64,000 nucleotides of DNA from an uncultured virus (IMG/VR IMGVR_UViG_3300035701_000017) (Duplodnaviria; Heunggongvirae; Uroviricota; Caudoviricetes): IMG/VR virus record IMGVR_UViG_3300035701_000017. One strand, written 5' to 3'. The notes beneath the pieces were generated by a model. The model was not told the origin of the DNA. It saw only the letters and a program-made list of their open reading frames with translations, and ran no database searches. The translations under genes were made by a program, and so were the position numbers. How positions within the stretch are numbered: position 1 is the stretch's first letter; every line of letters starts with the position of its first letter. This document shows positions 38,294 through 48,468 of the stretch, in pieces.

Positions 38294-38352
38294 CTTGCGA
38301 TCTGTAAATTTACAAAATTCGACAATAAATAATAAACGAGATTAACTAGAGG

Positions 38353-38408
38353 AAAAAATAGAGGAGAGAATGGCGCTCTCCCTAAACTAATAGGTCAATG
38401 AGCGCCAT
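38353..38408 (-). terminator. Terminator overlapped by a competing anti-terminator stem, downstream of the tail tube gene
   Basis: UAGGGAGAG-cgccauu-CUCUCCUCUA-UUUUUU; alternative 9-bp stem AUGGCGCUC/GAGCGCCAU. Confidence 0.65.
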
Positions 38409-38422
38409 GAGGGTTAAAAGTC

Positions 38423-39061
38423 TTACGATAAACGAATAAGTTTACTGATAGTTGCAGGATCTCTGTCTTCAAGCTGTTCACCATAAGCGCCGCGGCCAAC
38501 GGACGGATCATATATATCTGTAATATTAACTGAACAATCTTGCATAATTGTTGATGCACCAATTTCAAAAGAAAGATTATAATCTTGCATCCAACATCCT
38601 TCATAATAAGTCTGAATGATGTTACCGTTTGACACACCACCGGTTTTATTAGAACCCTGCTGGTACGTCAAATCTTTCTTAATGAAATCAGGAATAATAA
38701 TCTGTTCTTTAATATCAAACGGCCATCTGTGATGTTTTAAAGAACGAATTATACCTGCTGAGCCTGCATTATATCCTAAGACCTGCATGATATTAACAAG
38801 ATACATTACAGCAACGCTTAATGATCCTGTTAATTCTGTAACACCGACAGATTGCTCAGCAACTCTGTCACCATGACCTATACCCCTTACTGGTTCAGTT
38901 GGTCTAGATTGAGCTGGTGACCAAGTCTGTAATAGACCAATTTGATTTGCTGTTGGATCAGCACCGCCTGGATGAGCTGCAAATACTTTTACTTTTTGAC
39001 TGTTAAGTAAACTAGTATTTGGAGTTGATCCTTGTTGATAAATATAACTATTAGAAGCCAT
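38423..39061 (-). CDS. Tail tube protein
   Basis: IGL.Q.....SR....VRGIG.GD...E; PFDI; YEGCW..Y; follows the sheath gene. Confidence 0.8.
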   Translation of the reverse strand: MASNSYIYQQGSTPNTSLLNSQKVKVFAAHPGGADPTANQIGLLQTWSPAQSRPTEPVRGIGHGDRVAEQSVGVTELTGSLSVAVMYLVNIMQVLGYNAGSAGIIRSLKHHRWPFDIKEQIIIPDFIKKDLTYQQGSNKTGGVSNGNIIQTYYEGCWMQDYNLSFEIGASTIMQDCSVNITDIYDPSVGRGAYGEQLEDRDPATISKLIRLS

Positions 39062-39065
39062 TCTT

Positions 39066-39401
39066 TTACCTCCGATTTCTTAATATAAAATCAATTATTT
39101 TACTTTGTCTCTTAAATGATACTACTTCATCTTCATCAAACACTTTTTCGTCAGCATTAAAATTATTTACAGGTCCTAAATCAGGTACTACACCTTTTGG
39201 TTGACCTTGCTGTTGATTTACATCTATTCCAGCATTATATCTGTCAGCATTTGTGTCATTATAAAGATAATTATCTTTATCTAATCCTAGTGCACCTGGT
39301 TTTACTCTTTCAGCACCTGATTCATTAAATAATTGAGATATATCAGAATCTTCTTGACCAGTAAGATCCTGATATATACTGTTATTAAAAGCTTTTTTCA
39401 T
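39066..39401 (-). CDS. Hypothetical acidic protein between sheath and tube
   Basis: 111-aa ORF coupled by TAATG. Confidence 0.65.
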   Translation of the reverse strand: MKKAFNNSIYQDLTGQEDSDISQLFNESGAERVKPGALGLDKDNYLYNDTNADRYNAGIDVNQQQGQPKGVVPDLGPVNNFNADEKVFDEDEVVSFKRQSKIIDFILRNRR

Positions 39402-42145
39402 TACAGTTTCGCTCTAATATTAAATGTCACTCTAATATATGATAACTCAAAAACTGGTTTGTAAAATGCTTCACACACCAAATAGTTAGGATCTGTTTCT
39501 GACGTTTCAGCAATAACATTAGTATAATCAGAAATAATCTCTGCTTCTTTTAACGCTGAAAGTGTAGCAGCTAATGTTGCAGATACATTACCTGGCGTAT
39601 TTGGTAAAAATTTCTTACCAATGTATTGATCCAAAGAAAGACGAGCTTGAATCTGCACTTCATCCATTATCGTAACGATATTTGGAGCTTTATTAAATGG
39701 ATTGCTCATGTCAGTTGTTAAAGCATGTCGAACTCTTAAAATACCACCAGTGTTTTCAATCATAGTTACGCCAGAAGCTGCAGTCTCATCCATCTCAACT
39801 TCATCCAAATCACGAACAAGACGTTTAAAACCAGTAATTGTTTTTCGTGTCATTGGCTCTGCTACATCGTATGCTGTACTTACATTAAATCCTGCAAGTG
39901 CTGCAGCAATATAACTTCCGTCAAGAATATATTCAGACTCGACACCTTGTTCATCAGTCAATCCAATAACTGCTCCATCAGGATATACTGCAACAATTCT
40001 ACTATAACTAACTGATCTAGCATAACTTGCAGCATCTTGAGGATCTGTGCCTACAGCATAACCAATAAAAGCTGTTCTTTCAGATCTTCTTCTTTCTGAT
40101 GACGTTTGAGCCAAGTGAGTCTTAAGAGCAGAAATAACTGGTTGAGAAGTTGTACATACATGAACAACTCTTGGCTTAATACCATTAATTGGCTTCTCAA
40201 TCTCTTTTAGCGCATTAATATATGCAAGATCAGTTGCTGTATTCTCTCCAGGCTCTTTCATAACCTGCTTACACATAACTGCGACTGCGCCATTAATCAT
40301 CATCAAAAATGCTGACAATGTAATTGCATTTCCAATATCAAGTGCACCAAACTCATTAGTGACATCTTTAAATCTTGTAAAAGTTTTAGTTGCATAATCA
40401 ATTTTTTCATAATAATAACTCATATAATAAGTCGAACCAACAGCCGGCTCAGCACCTGTCTTATCAAATGACTGAATAACAGTTTTATCACCAACAGCAG
40501 TATTTGCTGTATCAGATACAATGACTCTTATTCCAGGAACTGAATAAACTGCTTTTGATGTTCCAGTTTCAAACGGTCCATGTATTACTGTACCAGGAAC
40601 GAAATCATTGCTAACTGTTATAGTAATTGATTCTCCTGCAGAATATGTTGCATCAGGAGTAATTGTAAATTGTAAACCAGTGACATCATCAATAAATGTT
40701 TCACCAGTAACTCCAGATGTAGTGAATCCAGAACCAGTTCCGTTTGGATTTGAAGATACAACACTAAAAGCACTAGCACTTGTAAAAGTAATAGTCACAG
40801 TCTCTGCTACTGCCTTATTTTTATTTGACTTTAAATGCGCACCAAAAGCGTCCATTATTGTAGGCGTCGGAGTTGTTGTATAAGAAGTCATTAATGCATT
40901 ATACAATGACCCTTGAATTGATGTTGAAACTTTATATGTTCCAGTTCCAGCAATTCCAGATCTAACAACTTCAAAAACATAAGATTCATCAATAAGTTCA
41001 TTTCTCCAATATGAAACTTGAACTTTAGCTCCAAGAACAGGAATATTCTTAAGATAAACGACCCCTGTATTTCCATCAACTCTTATTACATCAACTTCAA
41101 CATCATTGACATAAGCTTTAACTTTTGATGGATCATAAGTTACAACATCGCGTCCATTACCGTCAACAATCGGGAGATACTTTATTGTACAGTGATTTTC
41201 AACACCAGTAAATTGTGCTGAAACATTTTCTTTAATAATATGATCATCAACTAATAAAGTTCCGATTTGAACATCATCAAAATAAACAGCACCTGAAGTA
41301 TGAGTTGCAACAGAAAGCTTAAGACCTGCGCCCCATTGAATTTTATTTCCATCAAGAACAATAAAATCAATGCCTTCAATGTAATTATTTAAATCAGGTG
41401 AATCACCTACAGATACAACAGTTGTCAATTTGTCTTGCGGCAAAAGATCAAATGTATCTGAATACTGATTGAACCAGTATGACAATGTAATTGTGTCAGT
41501 TGAAGCAGGCGCTATAGCTAAAACTACAGTACCGTCAGTTCCATTAACTTCAGTGATAGTTGCAATTAAGCCATTAACTTTTACAACAACGTCAGTTATT
41601 GAAGTTGTCGGAGTACCACTACCACGACCATCAACTATTGGCTTATGATGAGTATAAAAAATCTTATTAATATTATCAGCTTGATCAGATATATTTTCAT
41701 TGTCAATCTTTGTATCAGTCAACTTGAAATAATATGTAATAGTTACTAAATCAGTTGCCTTTGGTGGTAATTGAAGAGTTATTAAACCATTAAGACCGTC
41801 AATTCTTGTTACAGGCACTGGATTATTATTAACTTTTGCAGTAATATCAGATACTTTACTTGTAACCGTTCCACTACCTTCGCCAGTTACAATTGGATAA
41901 TATCTAACTTGAAATACTGTATTAACTCCATCAGCTTGATATGAAACATCTTCATTCGAAGACTTATTATCAACAGCTGCTGATGAACCACGTACCATGT
42001 CTTGATTAAGCAATAATTTTTGCTCTTGACCTGTACCAATTATAATCGGTATTCTTAACCCTCCTAATAAACTTGCAACATTAGGATCTTCTAATGTTCT
42101 ATCATACACTCCAGGAGCTAAATAACCGGATACAAAAGCTGCCAT
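39401..42145 (-). CDS. Tail sheath protein
   Basis: YLAPGVY N-terminus; ER.AFIG, RIVAVYPD, AAALAG, EPMTRK.I.GF, RHALTTD, YKPVF.L.YI.VTF. Confidence 0.9.
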   Translation of the reverse strand: MAAFVSGYLAPGVYDRTLEDPNVASLLGGLRIPIIIGTGQEQKLLLNQDMVRGSSAAVDNKSSNEDVSYQADGVNTVFQVRYYPIVTGEGSGTVTSKVSDITAKVNNNPVPVTRIDGLNGLITLQLPPKATDLVTITYYFKLTDTKIDNENISDQADNINKIFYTHHKPIVDGRGSGTPTTSITDVVVKVNGLIATITEVNGTDGTVVLAIAPASTDTITLSYWFNQYSDTFDLLPQDKLTTVVSVGDSPDLNNYIEGIDFIVLDGNKIQWGAGLKLSVATHTSGAVYFDDVQIGTLLVDDHIIKENVSAQFTGVENHCTIKYLPIVDGNGRDVVTYDPSKVKAYVNDVEVDVIRVDGNTGVVYLKNIPVLGAKVQVSYWRNELIDESYVFEVVRSGIAGTGTYKVSTSIQGSLYNALMTSYTTTPTPTIMDAFGAHLKSNKNKAVAETVTITFTSASAFSVVSSNPNGTGSGFTTSGVTGETFIDDVTGLQFTITPDATYSAGESITITVSNDFVPGTVIHGPFETGTSKAVYSVPGIRVIVSDTANTAVGDKTVIQSFDKTGAEPAVGSTYYMSYYYEKIDYATKTFTRFKDVTNEFGALDIGNAITLSAFLMMINGAVAVMCKQVMKEPGENTATDLAYINALKEIEKPINGIKPRVVHVCTTSQPVISALKTHLAQTSSERRRSERTAFIGYAVGTDPQDAASYARSVSYSRIVAVYPDGAVIGLTDEQGVESEYILDGSYIAAALAGFNVSTAYDVAEPMTRKTITGFKRLVRDLDEVEMDETAASGVTMIENTGGILRVRHALTTDMSNPFNKAPNIVTIMDEVQIQARLSLDQYIGKKFLPNTPGNVSATLAATLSALKEAEIISDYTNVIAETSETDPNYLVCEAFYKPVFELSYIRVTFNIRAKL

Positions 42146-42183
42146 AGTATTATCCTTTCGATGTTTGTTTCAAAAAATTCTCA

Positions 42184-42456
42184 TTACTTTTTGTCAGTAT
42201 ATACGATTACCTTTTGGCCGCAATCGCAAACAACATTATTTTCAGGTATCTCATTTATTGTATAAAAAATAAAATCTTGATTACATGAGCACTTTATGTG
42301 TAGCAATACATCTGTGTTAATTGATCTTAATTTAATGTCATTAATAAAAGCTATTAATTCTTTTTTATTTTTAAAGCCTTTGCCCTTATTATGAACAATA
42401 GGCATCTGTTTAAATAACTTATTGTTTTTTATATATTGTAAAGACGGTTTCATCAA
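42184..42456 (-). CDS. Small Zn-ribbon-like hypothetical protein
   Basis: CSC...CDCG. Confidence 0.55.
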   Translation of the reverse strand: MMKPSLQYIKNNKLFKQMPIVHNKGKGFKNKKELIAFINDIKLRSINTDVLLHIKCSCNQDFIFYTINEIPENNVVCDCGQKVIVYTDKK

Positions 42457-42497
42457 TAATACTTAAAAAATCAACTAATTATTACAGCAAACAGTTT

Positions 42498-45400
42498 TTA
42501 CGGTAAGTATGGTTCACCAAATTTTAATGGATAAGTTGCGCAAAATGATACATTAGCAATTGCGCCAAAACCACCAGGAACATACATTCTTAACCAAGAA
42601 TTTGCACCCATATAATGCGTTTGAACAACTCCAAGTTTGCTTAATACTGTATCATTGAAAGTGCCTACAACAATAGAAACTCCTAAAGGCGCATCAGGAT
42701 TAAATGCCCATGTAGAACCAAGATATCGCAAATATAAAGCTCCTAACGCTGGAGGAGTAGGCGAACTGTTCCAAGTGAATATACCATTAATACTAGCAGT
42801 AAAACCAAAATATGTTATTCTTAAAAAATCAAGCGTTCCAAGCCAATCAATACCATCTTGTGTGACCTGCCATTGATTTAATATAAGTGCATCACCGGCA
42901 GATCTATTTAATGTCAACCAATGCCCTAAACCCTCAGATCTAGTTCTTTCATAGAACTTATAATTTGTTGTTATTTTTTGATCACCAGTAAAATCACTAA
43001 TACATTTTTTACCAGTATCCATTGCAATATCATCAATGAAAGTAATTGAAGGACTTGCATTTGCTCTTATTTTATCAGTATGAATCTCATCATTAAAATA
43101 TGCTCTACTAAAATATGTATATCCCGTAGCTCTATCAATTAAAACAGGAGAATCAATTTCAACCCCAAAATCATCATGACGCCATAAAGCAAAAGTACTA
43201 CCTTCATTTGATCCATATCCAGTAACTGAACTAAAACTTATAGCATCGTCACCGACACCACTTAATTTTGTAAGAACTCCGCTTGACAGTGGTTCATAAG
43301 TACCTGATGATCTAAAACATATAATTCTTCCAGAACCGCCTGCAATTGAAACATAATAAACAGTCCATGATGAACCATTATTAGTATAAATAGAGCCAAC
43401 AGTTGGAGAAACACTTGTTCCACTTACTGTAAATTCCCTTCTATACATTACACCTTCCACTCCAACTGACCATAAAATATCTGATGTTGAAAATTCACCA
43501 ATAGGATTTGCAACAAGACACCAATGCTTTACATGCGCATCAACTGATACACCTGATTGTCCTGCCTGACCTGTCACTGTTGAAAACGATGCATAAGGTT
43601 TATCTAATTCATTTATGACTTTAAGAAAGCCATCACCACCTAGATCTAAAGGCTTTGCTCTCAATATTGATACTGTAGACTCATTAATGTATGAACTATT
43701 AAAAAACGCATACGAATAAGGTTGACCGATTGTCGGATAAGCATCTGTGGGATATAATAAAGGTGTTCTAACTTGAGTAGAAAAATTACCTGTTGTTGTG
43801 TCTAATGGATATGCAGCATTTGTTACTCCAATACCAACATAACCATTACTTCTTCTAAAAGACATAACTATATCATTTTCAGTTCCAGAATTATTATGAC
43901 TATATAAATTTAAATTTGCTCCAGAATTATGACTACCAGATAATCCTTGAATAGACCACGACCATTTTCTTGAAGTTATAGGAAGCAACGGATCAGTTGA
44001 CAATGATAAATGCTTCATATTGTTATTAGCATCATAATATCCTGCAGTAATTAGCTGTCCATCACTAGTTGAAAGATCTATTAACAACGCATTATCTATA
44101 CTTCCTTCGCTTATAGTTTTCACTTTAATTGACGATGCATGTAACTCTGAAATATAACCATAATCAAAATATCTATAAAAATCACCAATGTTTGTTACTG
44201 AATATTGTCCTGTTGCCAAAAAACTTGCAGCATATACTTCAGATCCATAATAATCATTACCAAATCTAGCTTGCCCATTAACATCAAGTTGATATTGAGC
44301 TTCTCTAACAGCAATACCTACAAAACCATTATTTCTATTAATTAAAAAAGTTCTTGAAAGCACACTGTCAAACTCATATCCATCATCATCATATCTTGCA
44401 ATATAAAAATCGCTTCCTGAACTATATTCACTTACATTAAGTATTCCAAATGACCACCTTTTAGATGGTATATTTATAGACTCATCAATAACAAAATGCT
44501 TTGAATACTCTTGCTGTTTAATTATTGAATGAATGCCTGCACCAATATTATTAATTGTAATGTAAAAACCGTTCATTGCATCTTCAAACGACAAAGCAAA
44601 TTGTATATAAGTTGCATCATATATTATAACATAATAATTAGTGTTTAACAAAAACGGCGATGGCAAAGCATTTGTGCTTGATAATCTTATTCTTTCACCA
44701 GTGCTATAAATATATGCATTTGAAACAAGAAAAGTATTCGCGGGCGTTCCAGTATAATTAATGACATTTGATGAATCAACACTCTCTGTAAACACGTCTT
44801 TAAGATATTGTGTAACTATAACACTATCTTGAACATCATCACATGTGTAAATTGCTTTATTATTTGTAAAAAATTTTGAATTACCGTTCATTAATAGTTT
44901 ATACGATACATCTGGATAAGTGCCTATGCCAACAAATCCTCCAGAAAAATAATAACCTTGAGTAGCCATTATTTCAAAATAATCATCTTGATATTCTTTT
45001 AGATAAACATTTGAACTATCACCAAAGAATATTGTTCCGCCATAATTATAAACTCCTTGCTCACCCAATATACGTATTGCATTGTCTTTATGCAATGTTA
45101 ACGATGATTCAAGTGGATCACCTCTAAATGTTGATGTATTAATTCCAATAAAACCAGTTAGTCTCTCAATAAAAAAAGTCGGATTAATTGTTGAATCAAG
45201 CTGAAGTCCATTGTCATCAAATCTTGAAACATAAAAATTTTGAGCTACAACGTCAGTCAAATTAAAAGCAAACCGACTATCTTCAAAAAGAGGTCCAGAA
45301 GTTAACAAAATATGCTTATAAAAATCGGGCGTTCCCTCAATAGTAACTCTACTTGCTCTTATCGAATCATTTATAAATACAGCTTGAAAAAATTCATCAT

Positions 45401-46997
45401 AAAATACTGCATCACCAGTTAATTCAAAATTATGAACAGTCGCATTCATATTGACACCAAGACGATATACGATGTTCACACTACCAATATCTGTTATAAC
45501 TACTCTAATTTCATCATCATTACCTATATAAATAGGTTTTGCACCTTTTTGTTCAATATAAAGAGCTGTATTTTTTGCATTTGAACTAATAACTGTTGAA
45601 CCAGCAGCTGACACTCCAAAAATATTTTCAACTGTAGAAATATTATATTGTGTTAAAGTTAATGATTTATAATCGCCACCAAAATTACAATCAACAATAA
45701 GAGATGATTTACCTGAAGAATTATTGGTGTTATTAACTGTAGCAGTTACTTCTAGAGCATCATCTTTTGTTACAGTAAAATATGACTCATTAACACTTGT
45801 TATTGAACCATCATCACTAACGTTTGAATCACCTACAGAATGAAGCCCGGTAAATTTTGCAAGTCTATTAGTTGTTCCACCGACACCACCAATACTAGTG
45901 TCAACATAAGTTTTTACAGCTTTTTCAGTCGGCACTGCTAAATCTGAACTACCAGCAAGTGTCACATCAGTAGAAAATTCATTAATATTTGCACCATACG
46001 GTAATTTAACAGTTCCAGAATTAACAACAATAGCATATCCTGTTCCTGTAGACTTATTGATTACTAATGCATCACCATTATCAGTTTTATTAATTACTAT
46101 AGCTTGTCCTGTATTTGACTTATTAACTGTTATTGCATCAACTGCAGCAGTATCACAAGTCACAACAAGCTTCTCACTATGCGTGTGCGTTTCATCAATA
46201 ATAGTAACTGTTCCATGAACAATCAAATCATCTTGCACAGTTGCATTTTTAACGTTAATGTCACCTGTGCCGTCTGATATAGACTCTAATGTTGACACAA
46301 CTTTTCTAGAATCTGTAATGTCAACAGTTAATATATTAGCATTGCCCGTATGTCTTTGAATTTGAGCAAGCTTTAGATATCTATGATACACATTATTAAT
46401 ATCATATCCGTCAGTAGGTATTGTTGTTGTATTTTCAACAACTAGAATATCTTGAACTACTCTAAATCTATTTGCTGATTGTATTGCTAAATCAACATCT
46501 TCAATTGATGTATCTAAATATTCACTACCAATTTCACAACTAACTTCAGCTAAATAAGTGTCAATATAAACTGTATCTATTCTATCACTAACAGGTACAC
46601 TTATAACAGGAACAACAGTTTTAGTATAATCATCGTCTGTTAATGAACCAGTAGCATCTTGCTGATTATATTCAATATCACTAAATAATACTAATGGATA
46701 TCCCTTTACAACTAATACTGCAGGTTTTTCTATAGAACCACCTATTATTTTAAAATTGCTTACTGTAGTTACAGAACTTTGAACAATTTTAAATGATGTA
46801 GCTAATGCACAGTCACCAATATTTTTTTCAAGAAATCTCTTCAGTAAATCTAAATCTCTATATGATTGCTCAGTCAATTCTTTATCAAGAACTACTTTGC
46901 CTCTTTGATAAGCTAAAACGTATCGTTTTTTATTGTTACTGTCAAGATCAGACAACAAAAATGAATAATCGCCAACATAGGCAATAGCTGGATTCAC
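42498..46997 (-). CDS. Tail fibre-like virion protein
   Basis: GTG start with AAGGAG; N-terminal YQRGKVVLDKELTEQ; repeats G.VGIG.....Y.LDV.G and F.I.R.DD.G. Confidence 0.65.
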   Translation of the reverse strand: MNPAIAYVGDYSFLLSDLDSNNKKRYVLAYQRGKVVLDKELTEQSYRDLDLLKRFLEKNIGDCALATSFKIVQSSVTTVSNFKIIGGSIEKPAVLVVKGYPLVLFSDIEYNQQDATGSLTDDDYTKTVVPVISVPVSDRIDTVYIDTYLAEVSCEIGSEYLDTSIEDVDLAIQSANRFRVVQDILVVENTTTIPTDGYDINNVYHRYLKLAQIQRHTGNANILTVDITDSRKVVSTLESISDGTGDINVKNATVQDDLIVHGTVTIIDETHTHSEKLVVTCDTAAVDAITVNKSNTGQAIVINKTDNGDALVINKSTGTGYAIVVNSGTVKLPYGANINEFSTDVTLAGSSDLAVPTEKAVKTYVDTSIGGVGGTTNRLAKFTGLHSVGDSNVSDDGSITSVNESYFTVTKDDALEVTATVNNTNNSSGKSSLIVDCNFGGDYKSLTLTQYNISTVENIFGVSAAGSTVISSNAKNTALYIEQKGAKPIYIGNDDEIRVVITDIGSVNIVYRLGVNMNATVHNFELTGDAVFYDEFFQAVFINDSIRASRVTIEGTPDFYKHILLTSGPLFEDSRFAFNLTDVVAQNFYVSRFDDNGLQLDSTINPTFFIERLTGFIGINTSTFRGDPLESSLTLHKDNAIRILGEQGVYNYGGTIFFGDSSNVYLKEYQDDYFEIMATQGYYFSGGFVGIGTYPDVSYKLLMNGNSKFFTNNKAIYTCDDVQDSVIVTQYLKDVFTESVDSSNVINYTGTPANTFLVSNAYIYSTGERIRLSSTNALPSPFLLNTNYYVIIYDATYIQFALSFEDAMNGFYITINNIGAGIHSIIKQQEYSKHFVIDESINIPSKRWSFGILNVSEYSSGSDFYIARYDDDGYEFDSVLSRTFLINRNNGFVGIAVREAQYQLDVNGQARFGNDYYGSEVYAASFLATGQYSVTNIGDFYRYFDYGYISELHASSIKVKTISEGSIDNALLIDLSTSDGQLITAGYYDANNNMKHLSLSTDPLLPITSRKWSWSIQGLSGSHNSGANLNLYSHNNSGTENDIVMSFRRSNGYVGIGVTNAAYPLDTTTGNFSTQVRTPLLYPTDAYPTIGQPYSYAFFNSSYINESTVSILRAKPLDLGGDGFLKVINELDKPYASFSTVTGQAGQSGVSVDAHVKHWCLVANPIGEFSTSDILWSVGVEGVMYRREFTVSGTSVSPTVGSIYTNNGSSWTVYYVSIAGGSGRIICFRSSGTYEPLSSGVLTKLSGVGDDAISFSSVTGYGSNEGSTFALWRHDDFGVEIDSPVLIDRATGYTYFSRAYFNDEIHTDKIRANASPSITFIDDIAMDTGKKCISDFTGDQKITTNYKFYERTRSEGLGHWLTLNRSAGDALILNQWQVTQDGIDWLGTLDFLRITYFGFTASINGIFTWNSSPTPPALGALYLRYLGSTWAFNPDAPLGVSIVVGTFNDTVLSKLGVVQTHYMGANSWLRMYVPGGFGAIANVSFCATYPLKFGEPYLP

Positions 46998-47093
46998 TTA
47001 ATAACTCCTTATTGCGAAATGCAGTATAGTAGTAGAATCATAGATTAACATTCTTTTCTATAATATTTCAGCAAAAATAAAATAATAAGAACA

Positions 47094-47246
47094 TTATTGT
47101 TCACGCTGTTTGATAGGATCAGTATAATTAGGACTTTGAGTTAAAGTATTATCAAAATCGTAATATGTGCCTTTTGTTTCACGTTGTATAGGATGACACT
47201 TATTGCATTCTTTAACAACCTCATCAATTATTTTTTCATCATCCAT
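47094..47246 (-). CDS. 50-aa small protein (MDDEKIIDEVVKECNKCH...)
   Basis: Hand-translated; starts 16 nt after the upstream stop; weak RBS. Confidence 0.45.
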   Translation of the reverse strand: MDDEKIIDEVVKECNKCHPIQRETKGTYYDFDNTLTQSPNYTDPIKQREQ

Positions 47247-47262
47247 GTTTCCATCTATCTTG

Positions 47263-48468
47263 TTAAATTTGTGTTTTTGAAGTCACTATCGTATATTGAG
47301 GAGTTGGTCTAACAACGAACGGTAAAACACTTTCTACAAGTTGTAATCCAACTTTATAATCAACACCTCTTAATGATTTGCCAAATTGTCTTGAAATTCT
47401 AGCAGTATACTCAGCTTCATCATATTGACCAAGATCCTCAATTTTATTAAGAAATACTCTTTTAATTACTCCTAAAATGGGTTTATAAGCTTCCCATTCA
47501 ACTTCAATAGAAAAAGAAATTTCAGCTAAAAAAGACATTTCATTTGACGTTGCAACTTCATCTTCTTCAGATTCACCACCTAAAGTAATATTATCAACAT
47601 ACAAACCATCATCAACTAGCTTCTCTTGTAGCACAGACCAAACATACATTGCAGTTAAATCTGCCAATTGTTCCTGTGTATCAGTATCTTGTGCGACAAT
47701 AGATAGAGTAACATTCATTTTCCATTTTCCCAAATAAGCACTTGCAACTTCTTGTCTATCAGGATATACTACTACTACTTGTACTCCGCCTTTTTTTAAG
47801 AAATTACCAAATGCTAAAACTACACCCGGAACTGCTATAATATTAACAGTCTCTGGTTCGACATCAAATGAGCCCGTAGTATCTATTATATATTGATAAT
47901 CTATAGTTAATTGACCAAAATCATCGATCGGTTTCAAAAATATAATTTCACCTGTAGTATAGTCAATAGTATATTGATTATCTCTTTGCAATTTTTCTGC
48001 AGTCTCACATAAAATACATTCACTATATGGATTTACACTTTTATTCTTTAAAAATACATGTTTAAATCCATCAGTTTCAATCTCCAAAACCTCATCAGAC
48101 ACAGTCAAATAAGGCTTTACAATGAACTTATTGTCTTCGATCATTTCAATTATATAAAAGCCGGGTTTAACAAGATTTCCAACATTTGCCAAATCTTCTC
48201 TAACCCATTCAATCATTCTGCCAGATTGATTTTTTAATCCTGCCAATGTTGTATAAGAATTTATTGTGCCTTTAAAGTTGTCTAATGATAACTTTATTGA
48301 ATCAGCACTTGACGTCTTAACAACAATAGCATATTTCGGTCTTTCAGTAAATTGAAATTTATTAGTAATAACTAATGCATTATCACCAAAAATAGGATGA
48401 TCAAGGAACAATGCTTGCAGCTCCTTGACAATTATTTTTTTCACGCAATTCGAGATGCGGTAGTACAT
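47263..48468 (-). CDS. Tail completion/terminator-like protein
   Basis: Position between neck and sheath; ERP..AIVVK...LSLDNF.G; W...V.L...AQD. Confidence 0.5.
   Translation of the reverse strand: MYYRISNCVKKIIVKELQALFLDHPIFGDNALVITNKFQFTERPKYAIVVKTSSADSIKLSLDNFKGTINSYTTLAGLKNQSGRMIEWVREDLANVGNLVKPGFYIIEMIEDNKFIVKPYLTVSDEVLEIETDGFKHVFLKNKSVNPYSECILCETAEKLQRDNQYTIDYTTGEIIFLKPIDDFGQLTIDYQYIIDTTGSFDVEPETVNIIAVPGVVLAFGNFLKKGGVQVVVVYPDRQEVASAYLGKWKMNVTLSIVAQDTDTQEQLADLTAMYVWSVLQEKLVDDGLYVDNITLGGESEEDEVATSNEMSFLAEISFSIEVEWEAYKPILGVIKRVFLNKIEDLGQYDEAEYTARISRQFGKSLRGVDYKVGLQLVESVLPFVVRPTPQYTIVTSKTQI

Noticed and set aside
36838..38420. CRISPR-Cas12f locus around the TnpB-like gene
   Set aside because: No repeat-spacer array or cas genes seen in the flanks or elsewhere in the window
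9490..42145. Bacterial eCIS/tailocin or T6SS locus
   Set aside because: Neck/adaptor genes, inteins and many homing endonucleases fit a phage genome better; capsid and terminase are presumably outside the window
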